Assembly (NCBI GenBank): GCA_014799925.1
Contig: JAAVHC010000001.1
Location: 30,998 to 94,997, forward strand
DNA length: 64,000 nt
Origin: Oscillibacter sp.
Lineage (GTDB): Bacteria > Bacillota > Clostridia > Oscillospirales > Oscillospiraceae
Direction: 5' to 3'
How positions within the stretch are numbered: position 1 is the stretch's first letter; each line of letters begins with the position of its first letter. Below, piece after piece: positions 56,615-64,000 of the stretch. The notes beneath the pieces are model-generated. The model saw only the letters and a program-made list of their open reading frames with translations. It was not told where the DNA came from and did no database searches. The position numbers and the translations under genes were made by a program.

Positions 56615-57047
56615 GCGGAGGATGAAGTCTGTGAAATTCGAGATAACGAACGGTTCCCTGGAGAAGCTGGCGCGGGGCGCGGGCGACGCCGCGCTGGACG
56701 CCGCCGCGGTGCTCCGGGAGGGGGCCGCGGCCGCGGCGCGGCACGCGGAGGAGATTTCCTCCCGCGTCCGGCTGGAGCAGGAGATCCGGGATCTGCGGCA
56801 GGAGATCCGCTTGCAGATGCAGGCGGCAGGGGAGATCGTGTATGCCGCCCACCGGGGCGGTCCCTCCGACAGCGACCGGATCCAGACGATTCTGGAATAT
56901 GTGGATGGACTCTATGAGGAGCTGGAGGCCCACCAGCGGGAGAGCGAGACCCTGCGGGGGCATCTGATCTGCCCCGCCTGCGGCGCGGCCAACCATTCTG
57001 ACTGCCTGTACTGCCAGAACTGCGGGAAGCCGCTGAGCAGGCAGTGA
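56604..57047 (+). CDS. Coiled-coil plus zinc-ribbon domain protein
   Basis: C-terminal CPACG..N10..CQNCG zinc ribbon. The start is uncertain (56604 or 56622). Confidence 0.55.
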   Translation: MTIERRMKSVKFEITNGSLEKLARGAGDAALDAAAVLREGAAAAARHAEEISSRVRLEQEIRDLRQEIRLQMQAAGEIVYAAHRGGPSDSDRIQTILEYVDGLYEELEAHQRESETLRGHLICPACGAANHSDCLYCQNCGKPLSRQ

Positions 57048-57138
57048 GCTTCGCGCGCCGGAGGAGGGCTTTTCGAGGGACCGCCGCGCAGCGGGACAAA
57101 TAAAATGCATGTCTTCCACAGCCGCCTCGTATAGTATT

Positions 57139-57207
57139 ATTGCTTCCGAACGAAAGCGCGGAAGTAATATCGCCATGTTTTGCGGCGAGCAAAACGGCTG
57201 AATCCAA
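57139..57207 (+). repeat. Two-hairpin interspersed repeat, family 1, copy 3 (shortest form)
   Basis: ATTGCTTCCGAACGAAAGCGCGGAAGTAAT, then GTTTTGCGGCGAGCAAAACGGCT without the GC-rich sub-hairpin. Confidence 0.8.
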
Positions 57208-57298
57208 TGATATGATGTCTGTGGTTTAACGGTGACATCGTATTACGGGCGCGGCGGGGCCGCTGTCCCGCATTTTATGCGAAAAAAGAGGAAATCCA

Positions 57299-58903
57299 AT
57301 GTCCAGAGAAAAGAAACAGTCCTTTATGGGCGGCGTCACCATTATGGCCGTCTCCACCGTGTTTGTGAAGATCTGCGGAGCCCTCTATAAGATCCCCCTG
57401 AACAACATCCTGGGGGACGAGGGCGTCACCCATTTCATGAGCGCGTACAATATCTACGCGCTTCTCCTGACGCTGTCCACGGCCGGACTGCCTCTGGCGC
57501 TCAGCAAGCTGATCAGCGAGGCCAACGCCACGGGCCGGCGCACCCAGATGCGCCGCTGCTTCAACACGGCCATGGTCATCTTTGTGGCCCTGGGCGCGGC
57601 GGGGTCCGCTGTCATGCTGCTCTTTACCGGACAGCTGGCCGCCATGATGCACAATTCCCTGGCCTACTGGCCCATCAAGTGCCTGGGGGTGTCCGTGGTC
57701 TGCGTGTCCGTCATGTGCGCCTATCGAGGCTTTGCCCAGGGGCGGCAGAACATGGTCCCGACGGCGGTATCCCAGTTTATTGAGGCGTTTACCAAGCTGG
57801 TGGTGGGTCTGCCCCTGGCGTGGTGGCTGATCCGCTCCGGGCAGCCGCTGGAGACCGGCGCGGCCGGCGCGATCGTGGGCGTCAGCGCGGGAATCGTTCT
57901 GGCCATGCTGTACATGTGCCGGAATTACTATAAGAACCGGCGGCCCATCCTCTGGGGGACGGACGTACCCCAGAGCTATGGAACCATTGCCCGCCGCCTG
58001 CTGGCCCTGGGCATCCCCATCACCATCGGGCAGGCGGGCATGAGCCTTTTCAATCTGCTGGACCAGACCATCATTCTGGGCCAGCTGCAAAATGTGCTGG
58101 GCCTCAGCGAACGGGAGGCCGCCAGCCTTTATGGGCAGTATACCTTCAGCAGCACCCTGTTCAATCTTCCGGCGGCGTTCCTGCCCGCCGTGGCGGTGAG
58201 CCTGATTCCCGCCGTCACCGTGGCCGTGACCCGGAAGGATCACCATGAGGTCAATAAGGTGGTCACTACCAGCTTCCGGCTCATCGCCATGCTGGCCATT
58301 CCGGCGGGAGTGGGGCTGTCGGTACTGTCGGGCCCCATTCTGCTGCTGCTGTACCCCGCCCGGCGGGAGACGGCCATCGCCGCCACCTACCACCTCCGGC
58401 TGCTGGGCGCCGCGTCCATCTTCGTGTGTATCATGCTTTTGACCAACTCCATCATGCAGGCCCACGGGAAGGTCAACTGGCCCATCTACACCATGCTCAT
58501 CGGCGGCGCGGTAAAGGTGGGAGTCAACTACGTTCTGGTGGGCAATCCGGCCATCAACGTCAGGGGCGCGCCGGTGGGCACCCTGGTCTGCTATGGGCTC
58601 ATCGCCCTGCTTAATCTGATGATTGTCAGTCATCTCCTGGAGAAAAAGCCCAACTATCCCGCCATCTTCGCCAAGCCCGCGCTGGCCTCGGCGGCGATGG
58701 GCGCGGCGGCGTGGGCCACCCACGGGATGCTGGGCCGCTTCCTGAGCGGCGGATATGTGAAGGAGAGCCTGTGTACCCTGCTGGCGGTCGGCGTCGCGGT
58801 GTTGGTGTACCTGATTCTGGTCATCGCCCTGCGGATGATCACCAGGGAGGACCTGAAAATGATCCCACACGGGGATAAGCTGGCGCGGGTGCTGCGGCTG
58901 TAA
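57299..58903 (+). CDS. MOP-superfamily flippase (SpoVB/MurJ-like polysaccharide biosynthesis protein)
   Basis: N-terminus ..VFVKICGALYKIPLNNILGDEGVTHFMSAYNIYALLLTLSTAGLPLALSKLISEA is typical of SpoVB-type proteins. About 14 TM segments. Confidence 0.8.
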   Translation: MSREKKQSFMGGVTIMAVSTVFVKICGALYKIPLNNILGDEGVTHFMSAYNIYALLLTLSTAGLPLALSKLISEANATGRRTQMRRCFNTAMVIFVALGAAGSAVMLLFTGQLAAMMHNSLAYWPIKCLGVSVVCVSVMCAYRGFAQGRQNMVPTAVSQFIEAFTKLVVGLPLAWWLIRSGQPLETGAAGAIVGVSAGIVLAMLYMCRNYYKNRRPILWGTDVPQSYGTIARRLLALGIPITIGQAGMSLFNLLDQTIILGQLQNVLGLSEREAASLYGQYTFSSTLFNLPAAFLPAVAVSLIPAVTVAVTRKDHHEVNKVVTTSFRLIAMLAIPAGVGLSVLSGPILLLLYPARRETAIAATYHLRLLGAASIFVCIMLLTNSIMQAHGKVNWPIYTMLIGGAVKVGVNYVLVGNPAINVRGAPVGTLVCYGLIALLNLMIVSHLLEKKPNYPAIFAKPALASAAMGAAAWATHGMLGRFLSGGYVKESLCTLLAVGVAVLVYLILVIALRMITREDLKMIPHGDKLARVLRL

Positions 58904-58937
58904 GAAGGAAAAGCCGTTTATATCCGGAGAATATAAA

Positions 58938-58985
58938 GGAGAGCGTCTGAACTACCTTGACTGGTATTTCAGACGCTCTCCTTTT
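58938..58985. terminator. Bidirectional terminator shared by convergent genes
   Basis: 14 bp stem GGAGAGCGTCTGAA / TTCAGACGCTCTCC with a 16 nt loop. AAA upstream and TTTT downstream. The right arm overlaps the last codons of the XRE gene. Confidence 0.7.
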
Positions 58986-59211
58986 CCGCCAGTTTATCCA
59001 TTCCGACACCCAGAGCCACCGATATCTTATAAAATGTTTCCACTGAGAAGTTATAGCGCACTTTTTCGCTTTCAATCTGCCGGATGAAATCATGGGACAG
59101 ATCCACCATTTCCGCCAGCTGCGCAGAGGTCAGCCCCTTTTCCCGCCGGTATCGCCTGATATTTCTGCGGATCGTGTCGTAGATCGCACCGTCAAACTCC
59201 AACTGCTGCAT
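58969..59211 (-). CDS. XRE-family helix-turn-helix transcriptional regulator (about 80 aa)
   Basis: IRRYRREKGLTSAQLAEMVDLSHDFIRQIE is an HTH_3 pattern. Start placed at ATG 59211. Divergent from the third large lipoprotein gene. Confidence 0.8.
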   Translation of the reverse strand: MQQLEFDGAIYDTIRRNIRRYRREKGLTSAQLAEMVDLSHDFIRQIESEKVRYNFSVETFYKISVALGVGMDKLAEKESV

Positions 59212-59356
59212 AAAAACCACCGCCTGACAAAAATATACCGGAATACGGTTTGTTTGTATGTTAGGCATTGACTCACAAATGATACTTGCACTTTAGCTGT
59301 TTATATGGTAAAATTAAACTGCCTTTATAAAAACAGGCGGAAAGGAGGACACAGCG

Positions 59357-62065
59357 ATGAAAATTGGAATCAGCCGTATCACGGCGGCTCTGCTCGTGCT
59401 GGCGCTGGCGCTTGGCCTGACGGGGTGCGGTAAGGACGGAGAGCAGAAAAAGGCGGACCTGGTGTTCCCATCCTCGCTCTACTACGCGGTGGAGGAGATG
59501 CCGCAGCCGGTGGAGAGCGGGGAGCTGGCAGGGTGCTGCACCGACAGGGAAAGCATCTGGTATCTGGTGATCCCCGAGGAGGACGCTGAACCGGTTCTCT
59601 GCCGCGTACCCCTGGACGGCGGGGAGGCGGAGGTCCTGACGGAGTATCAGGCGCCGATGGCGGACGGCCAGCCTGCTGTTGGCTATGTAGGCCCCATTGT
59701 GGGCGGAGACGGTACGCTGTGGGTCTGGGAGCAGTTTTTTGTCCCCGGAACGGAAACGAGCCAGTTCTCTCACACATTTCACATGCGCCAGCTGGACCCG
59801 GCTACCGGCAGGGAGCTGAGCGTGACGGACATCACCGCCGCTATGGACGGCATGAACCTGCAGACGCTGAACGGTATCGTGGTGGACGGGGAAGGGACCA
59901 TCTTCCTGGCGGACCAGAAGCACATAGCCGCCATCGACAGCCAGGGGCAGACCCTGTATACCTTGAAGGCAAAGCTGCCCGGCACATTCTTCTCCTCCGG
60001 TGCGGGAGGAAGCCTGGCCCTGCTGCCTGACGGGACCATCGGGGTCCTCACGGTTCAGTCCAAGGATGAGCGGACGGTGCAGATCATCGACCGGGAAACA
60101 AGGGATTGGACCAAGCAGGAATACTCCATACATAAAGAGGTGAACCGGATTTACCCTGGCAGCGGCGCCTGCGCGTTCTACTATATCTCGGGCGGCATTG
60201 TCTACGGCATCGCCCCCGGGGAGGATATCCCCCTGCGGCTGCTGTCCTGGTCCAGCGCCCAGCTGGATGAGTCCGACGCGGTGCGGTGCTTCGCCCTCCT
60301 GGACGACGGGCAGGCCGCGGCCCTGTCCAGCATCCACACGCCCGGTACGGGCTGGTATGACGACACGGTCCAGGCCGTGCGGCTCCTGCCCACGGATGAG
60401 CCTCCGGCGGGGATGAAGGTAAGGCTGGTCTACGGCGCCATCGGCACCAACTTCCTTACTCAGGAAAAGATTGCGAAGTACAATCGGGGAAATAAGAACT
60501 ACTACATCGAATACCGGGACTACTCCGAGGGACTGCTGGGCTGGACCGGCGAGAAAAATACGCAGGTCTATCAGAACGCGCTGGCCCGGCTGTACGCGGA
60601 TATCGCCGCGGGACGCTGCCCCGACATCCTGGACGAGTCCCTTCCGCTGGACACGCTGGCCAGGCAGGGCGCGCTGGAGGACCTGTGGCCCTGGATCGAC
60701 GGTGATCCGGCCATCAGCCGGGAGGGGCTGATGGCCCATGTGCTGGAGTGCCTGGAGGTAGACGGGAAGCTGCCCCGGGTGTGCGCCGGCTTCGAGATCG
60801 AGACCGCCGTGGCCAGCGCGGCCGTGGCGGGGGACCGGGCGGGCTGGACCATGGAGGAGATGCTGGATGCCTTCGGCGGCGAGACGCCGGAATTCTATTT
60901 TGCGCTGAATAACGATCTTAGTCTGATATACACGATGTTCTACCGGTTTGACCGGCAGACCACCCTGTATGATCTGGTCAATATGAACCTGAGCCGCTTT
61001 GTCAATATGGAGACCGGTGAGTGCGCCTTTGACAGCGAGGATTTCAAGTCCCTGCTGCGGCTGGCCGGCAGCGGAGAGGATGTGGCGGAAACCAGCCTGA
61101 ATCTGGATGATCCCTATGTGCTGCGTGATCTGGGAATCAGCGGACAGGATGCGTCGGTACTGAGCGGCATTGAGCCGTGCCGGGTGTTCCCTTGGGAGGG
61201 TAGGCCCCTCCTTTGCGCACGGACGCTGGCGGACGCCAAGGACCTGGTGGTCGACGACGTGCTGTTCGGCGGCCGGGAGTCCCTGACGGCGGACTATGAC
61301 CAGCGGCTCTGGGACGCGGAGATTATTTACAGCTTCATAAACAACAATGATGTCGAACTCATCAGGACGCGTTATGACAAGGACTTTAACCAGGTGTACT
61401 GGGCGCATGAGAATGGGTTCGAGCCGATCCAGTACCTTCGGAGTGGATTTAGCGATACACCTTTAGCCGGTGACTATCAGGTCGGCGCGGCGGACGGAAA
61501 CGTCTACGCCTCCTATGTAGGGTTCCCCACATCCAGCGGCGCGGGCAGCAGCTTTACCATTCGCCAGGGCATGGGCATCTCCGCTTCCAGCGGGGCGAAG
61601 GAGGGGGCGTGGGCCTTTGTGCGCGGCCAGCTGCTTCCCAACGGCAACGCCAGCGGATACTGGGTGGCCACAGGCGAGCCTTCCAACTTTGACGGCTTTC
61701 CCATCAACCGGGAGACTTTTGACGCGCGGATGCGGATCGGGATGGAATACTGGACCGACCCATACAGCGGGGAGGTTTTCACGGACGCCAACGGGGACCC
61801 GGTGGAATTCACACCCGCCGGAATCGGCGTCGGCAAACCCGGGGACGTCGTCCTGATGGCCTACCTCTTCGCCCCCAGCGAGGCCCAGATGGAGCGGTTC
61901 TGGAGGCTCTACGAGTCCACGGAGCAGATCACCGGCAGAAACGACGCCATACTGGACATCGTCATGGAGCAGGCGGACGCGTACTTCGCCGGGGACAAGA
62001 GCCTGGAGGAGACCGTCCAGCTGATCCAGAACCGGGCGAGTCTGTACGTCAATGAGCACCGGTAA
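59357..62065 (+). CDS. Large (902 aa) lipoprotein: beta-propeller-like N-terminal half fused to a solute-binding domain (paralog 3 of 3, no adjacent transporter genes)
   Basis: Lipobox LTGC. RBS AAAGGAGGA. Shares motif order with the 113 and 2771 genes (CTD..., DGTLWVW, ALEDLWPWIDGDP, AYFAGDKSLEETVQLIQNRASLYVNEHR). Confidence 0.8.
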   Translation: MKIGISRITAALLVLALALGLTGCGKDGEQKKADLVFPSSLYYAVEEMPQPVESGELAGCCTDRESIWYLVIPEEDAEPVLCRVPLDGGEAEVLTEYQAPMADGQPAVGYVGPIVGGDGTLWVWEQFFVPGTETSQFSHTFHMRQLDPATGRELSVTDITAAMDGMNLQTLNGIVVDGEGTIFLADQKHIAAIDSQGQTLYTLKAKLPGTFFSSGAGGSLALLPDGTIGVLTVQSKDERTVQIIDRETRDWTKQEYSIHKEVNRIYPGSGACAFYYISGGIVYGIAPGEDIPLRLLSWSSAQLDESDAVRCFALLDDGQAAALSSIHTPGTGWYDDTVQAVRLLPTDEPPAGMKVRLVYGAIGTNFLTQEKIAKYNRGNKNYYIEYRDYSEGLLGWTGEKNTQVYQNALARLYADIAAGRCPDILDESLPLDTLARQGALEDLWPWIDGDPAISREGLMAHVLECLEVDGKLPRVCAGFEIETAVASAAVAGDRAGWTMEEMLDAFGGETPEFYFALNNDLSLIYTMFYRFDRQTTLYDLVNMNLSRFVNMETGECAFDSEDFKSLLRLAGSGEDVAETSLNLDDPYVLRDLGISGQDASVLSGIEPCRVFPWEGRPLLCARTLADAKDLVVDDVLFGGRESLTADYDQRLWDAEIIYSFINNNDVELIRTRYDKDFNQVYWAHENGFEPIQYLRSGFSDTPLAGDYQVGAADGNVYASYVGFPTSSGAGSSFTIRQGMGISASSGAKEGAWAFVRGQLLPNGNASGYWVATGEPSNFDGFPINRETFDARMRIGMEYWTDPYSGEVFTDANGDPVEFTPAGIGVGKPGDVVLMAYLFAPSEAQMERFWRLYESTEQITGRNDAILDIVMEQADAYFAGDKSLEETVQLIQNRASLYVNEHR

Positions 62066-62129
62066 GCGCCCCCGTCCGGCCCGCTTCCACGAAGATTGCT
62101 AAAAAAATCCATCTTCTGAAAAATAGGAC

Positions 62130-62158
62130 TGTACAAATCAGACAAAAAATGGTATACT
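62130..62158 (+). promoter_or_regulatory. Extended -10 promoter for hpf
   Basis: TGTACA (62130..62135), 17 nt spacer, TGgTATACT (62150..62158). Confidence 0.45.
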
Positions 62159-62199
62159 GGGTTTACCCCGCAAAGGAGAAGCAAGAAAGGAGCGATCGT

Positions 62200-62739
62200 A
62201 TGAAGTTCACATTTACCTGCAAGAAGGTGTCCCTCAACGACTCAATCAAGGAGTACGCCGAAAAGAAAATTTCCAAGCTGGACCGCTATTTTCGGGAGGA
62301 TGCCGACGCACTTGTGACCTTCTCGGTGGAAAAGGGCCATCGCTGCGTGGTTGAGATCACCATCCGCAGCGGCAGCACGCTTTTCCGCGCCCAGGAGGAC
62401 TCCAGAGACGGCGATATGCGCGGCGCGATTGACGCGGCCTGCTCCACCATTGACCGTCAGATCCGCAAGAACAAGACGCGCCTCAGCAAGCGCCTGCGCC
62501 AGGAGGCGCTGGCTCCCGCCGTGCCCGCCGAGTTCGACGTCAGCGAGGAGACCGAGTTCCAGGTGGTGCGCACCAAGCGCATCGCGGTCAAGCCCATGAG
62601 CGAGGACGAGGCGATTTTGCAGATGAATCTGCTGGATCACGATTTCTTCGTCTACCGCAACACGGATAACGTCATCTGCATTGCCTACCGCCGGAAGAAC
62701 GGCGGCTACGGCCTGCTGGAGACGGACGGCGAGGAATAA
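62200..62739 (+). CDS. hpf: Ribosome hibernation promoting factor, long form
   Basis: ATG at 62200 after AAAGGAG. N-terminal RaiA/HPF fold (MKFTFTCKKVSLNDSIKEYAEKKISKLDRYF) plus C-terminal dimerisation domain. Confidence 0.92.
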   Translation: MKFTFTCKKVSLNDSIKEYAEKKISKLDRYFREDADALVTFSVEKGHRCVVEITIRSGSTLFRAQEDSRDGDMRGAIDAACSTIDRQIRKNKTRLSKRLRQEALAPAVPAEFDVSEETEFQVVRTKRIAVKPMSEDEAILQMNLLDHDFFVYRNTDNVICIAYRRKNGGYGLLETDGEE

Positions 62740-62880
62740 CCTTTGCCGGGGGGAGGGGAAAAGGCCCGGCCCCGGGAAAACGACAAAGGTTCTTAAAAAA
62801 CGGCAAAACCTCCTATGGACATAGGGGCTTGTCTGGTGTATCATACTCTATGGAAGCTTTCCAATATCCCACCCGCCTGG

Positions 62881-62910
62881 GCCGCTGTCATAGACAGCGG
62901 CTCCTTTTTA
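62881..62910 (+). terminator. Intrinsic terminator about 140 nt downstream of hpf
   Basis: GCCGCTGTC-ATA-GACAGCGGC followed by TCCTTTTTA. Confidence 0.7.
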
Positions 62911-62964
62911 TTCCGGCGGCCGGCAGCGCTGGCGCAAAAACCAGTAGATTTTTTCAAAAACCTG

Positions 62965-62973
62965 TGATATAAT
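62965..62973 (+). promoter_or_regulatory. Extended -10 promoter element upstream of the M23 peptidase gene
   Basis: TGaTATAAT. The -35 (TAGATT) is weak. Confidence 0.4.
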
Positions 62974-63058
62974 GAAACGCGGAAGGAATGAAGCTCTTTT
63001 CTTTCAGGAAAAAGGATGAAATGCGCCGCCTGAAACGGCGGCTTTGGAGGAAACGCGA

Positions 63059-64000
63059 ATGAAGAACCGGAGGAGAATCCTGTCCCTGGCGCTGACGCTG
63101 CTGCTGCTGGCCGGCCTGATTCCGGCGGAGAGGGCCGAGCGGCTGATCCCCACGGCGCGGGCGGTAACCCAGGCGGATATCGATAGTTTAAAGAACGAGG
63201 CCAAGGAGCTGGCCGGAGACAGCAGCCGGCTGAAAAGCCAGCTGGCGGAGCTGAAAAATGAGCGCAACAGCGCCGTCCAGCAGAAGCTGCTGCTGGATCA
63301 GCAGATTGCCCTGACGCTGCAGGCTATCGACAACACGGAGAAGCGGATCTCCGGCTTTGATGCCATGCTGGCCCAGACGGCCTATGAGCTGGAAGAAGCG
63401 GAAAAAGAAGAGGAGCGGCAGTACGCCGTCTTCTGCCGGCGGGCCCAGGCCATGGAGGAGGCGGGCACGACCTCCTATTGGGCGGTGCTGTTCAAGGCGG
63501 ACAGCTTCTCCGATCTGCTCAGCCGCTTGTCCGACGTGCAGGAGGTCGTGAACTACGACCAGGGTGTCCTGGACGACCTGCGCCAGCTCCAGACGGACAT
63601 CCGGGCCAAGCGGGATGAGCAGGAGCTGCTGAGGGCCCAGTCCGAAGAGGCCAAGACGGAACTGGAGGCCAACAAGGTGGAGCTGGACCGCCAGTACGCG
63701 GACGCCGAGGCCCTGCTGGCGGAGATCAACGCCAATGTGGACGTATATGAGGAGCAGCTGAAGGAGCTGAGCGCCGAGCAGGACCGCATCCAGAGGGAAA
63801 TCATTGAGAAATCCGAGGAGCTGGCCCGCAAGCTGTCTATAACCGCCACCAAGGGTGGCTATATCTGGCCGGAGTCGGTCAGCCGGCGGATTACCTCACC
63901 CATGGGCAGCCGCAATACGGGCATCAAGGGCGCGTCCACCAACCATAAGGGCGTGGACATCGGCGGCGTGGGCACCAGTACCAGCGTCCTGGCCACCAAG
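63059..64000 (+). CDS. Secreted coiled-coil M23 family metallopeptidase (EnvC/PcsB-like architecture), 3-prime partial at window edge
   Basis: Absent from the ORF track because no stop is reached. ATG at 63059 after GGAGGAAA. Signal peptide, about 230 aa of coiled coil, then the start of an M23 domain (..TSPMGSRN...HKGVDIGG). Confidence 0.75.
   Translation, partial: MKNRRRILSLALTLLLLAGLIPAERAERLIPTARAVTQADIDSLKNEAKELAGDSSRLKSQLAELKNERNSAVQQKLLLDQQIALTLQAIDNTEKRISGFDAMLAQTAYELEEAEKEEERQYAVFCRRAQAMEEAGTTSYWAVLFKADSFSDLLSRLSDVQEVVNYDQGVLDDLRQLQTDIRAKRDEQELLRAQSEEAKTELEANKVELDRQYADAEALLAEINANVDVYEEQLKELSAEQDRIQREIIEKSEELARKLSITATKGGYIWPESVSRRITSPMGSRNTGIKGASTNHKGVDIGGVGTSTSVLATK

Noticed and set aside
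7213-57207. Whether the recurring intergenic repeats could be a CRISPR array or simple Rho-independent terminators.
   Set aside because: Copies are tens of kilobases apart rather than regularly spaced with short spacers, and no cas genes are present. The family 1 hairpins are not followed by T-runs on either strand, and separate canonical terminators exist nearby.
1-64000. Signs of prophage, an integrative element, a defence system or a toxin-antitoxin pair.
   Set aside because: I recognised no integrase, transposase, recombinase, phage structural, restriction-modification, cas, reverse transcriptase or typical toxin domains in any frame. The lone XRE gene is paired with a lipoprotein gene, not a toxin.

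Overview
This window looks like a high-GC (roughly 60% or more by eye) Clostridia-type chromosomal segment, possibly Oscillospiraceae-like; that placement is inferred only from protein sequences and gene order. It is densely coding, with about 55 supportable protein genes. I recognised no rRNA, tRNA, CRISPR array, transposase, integrase or phage genes.

Most of the window is housekeeping:
- the ybxF-like/rpsL/rpsG/fusA/tuf str operon
- recJ-rel-dtd-MBL hydrolase-hemZ
- a T-box-controlled valS operon
- an Rrf2-nifS-iscU Fe-S module
- a siroheme/early tetrapyrrole block (sirC-hemC-cobA/hemD-hemB) lying downstream of lgt and an M16 peptidase pair
- coaX, hpf, two MATE exporters, and a GntR(YtrA-type)-ABC-2 module

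The least ordinary part is the first 12 kb.
- Two tandem ~850 aa lipoproteins each fuse a beta-propeller-like N-terminal half to a solute-binding domain. A third paralog sits at 59.4 kb.
- They are followed by MalF/MalG-type permeases.
- Next comes a 700 aa HlyD-like adaptor whose coiled coil contains a low-GC in-frame insert.
- Next comes a half-FtsX protein with only TM-MacB_PCD-TM.
- Last is a translationally coupled MalK-type ATPase with a disordered acidic tail.

Two families of structured interspersed intergenic repeats recur across the window. One copy may account for an unusually long rpsL-rpsG spacer.

Several very long ORFs in the six-frame track, including the 1875 aa one, are antisense shadow ORFs and were rejected.

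All family assignments come from motif recognition by eye. No searches were run.
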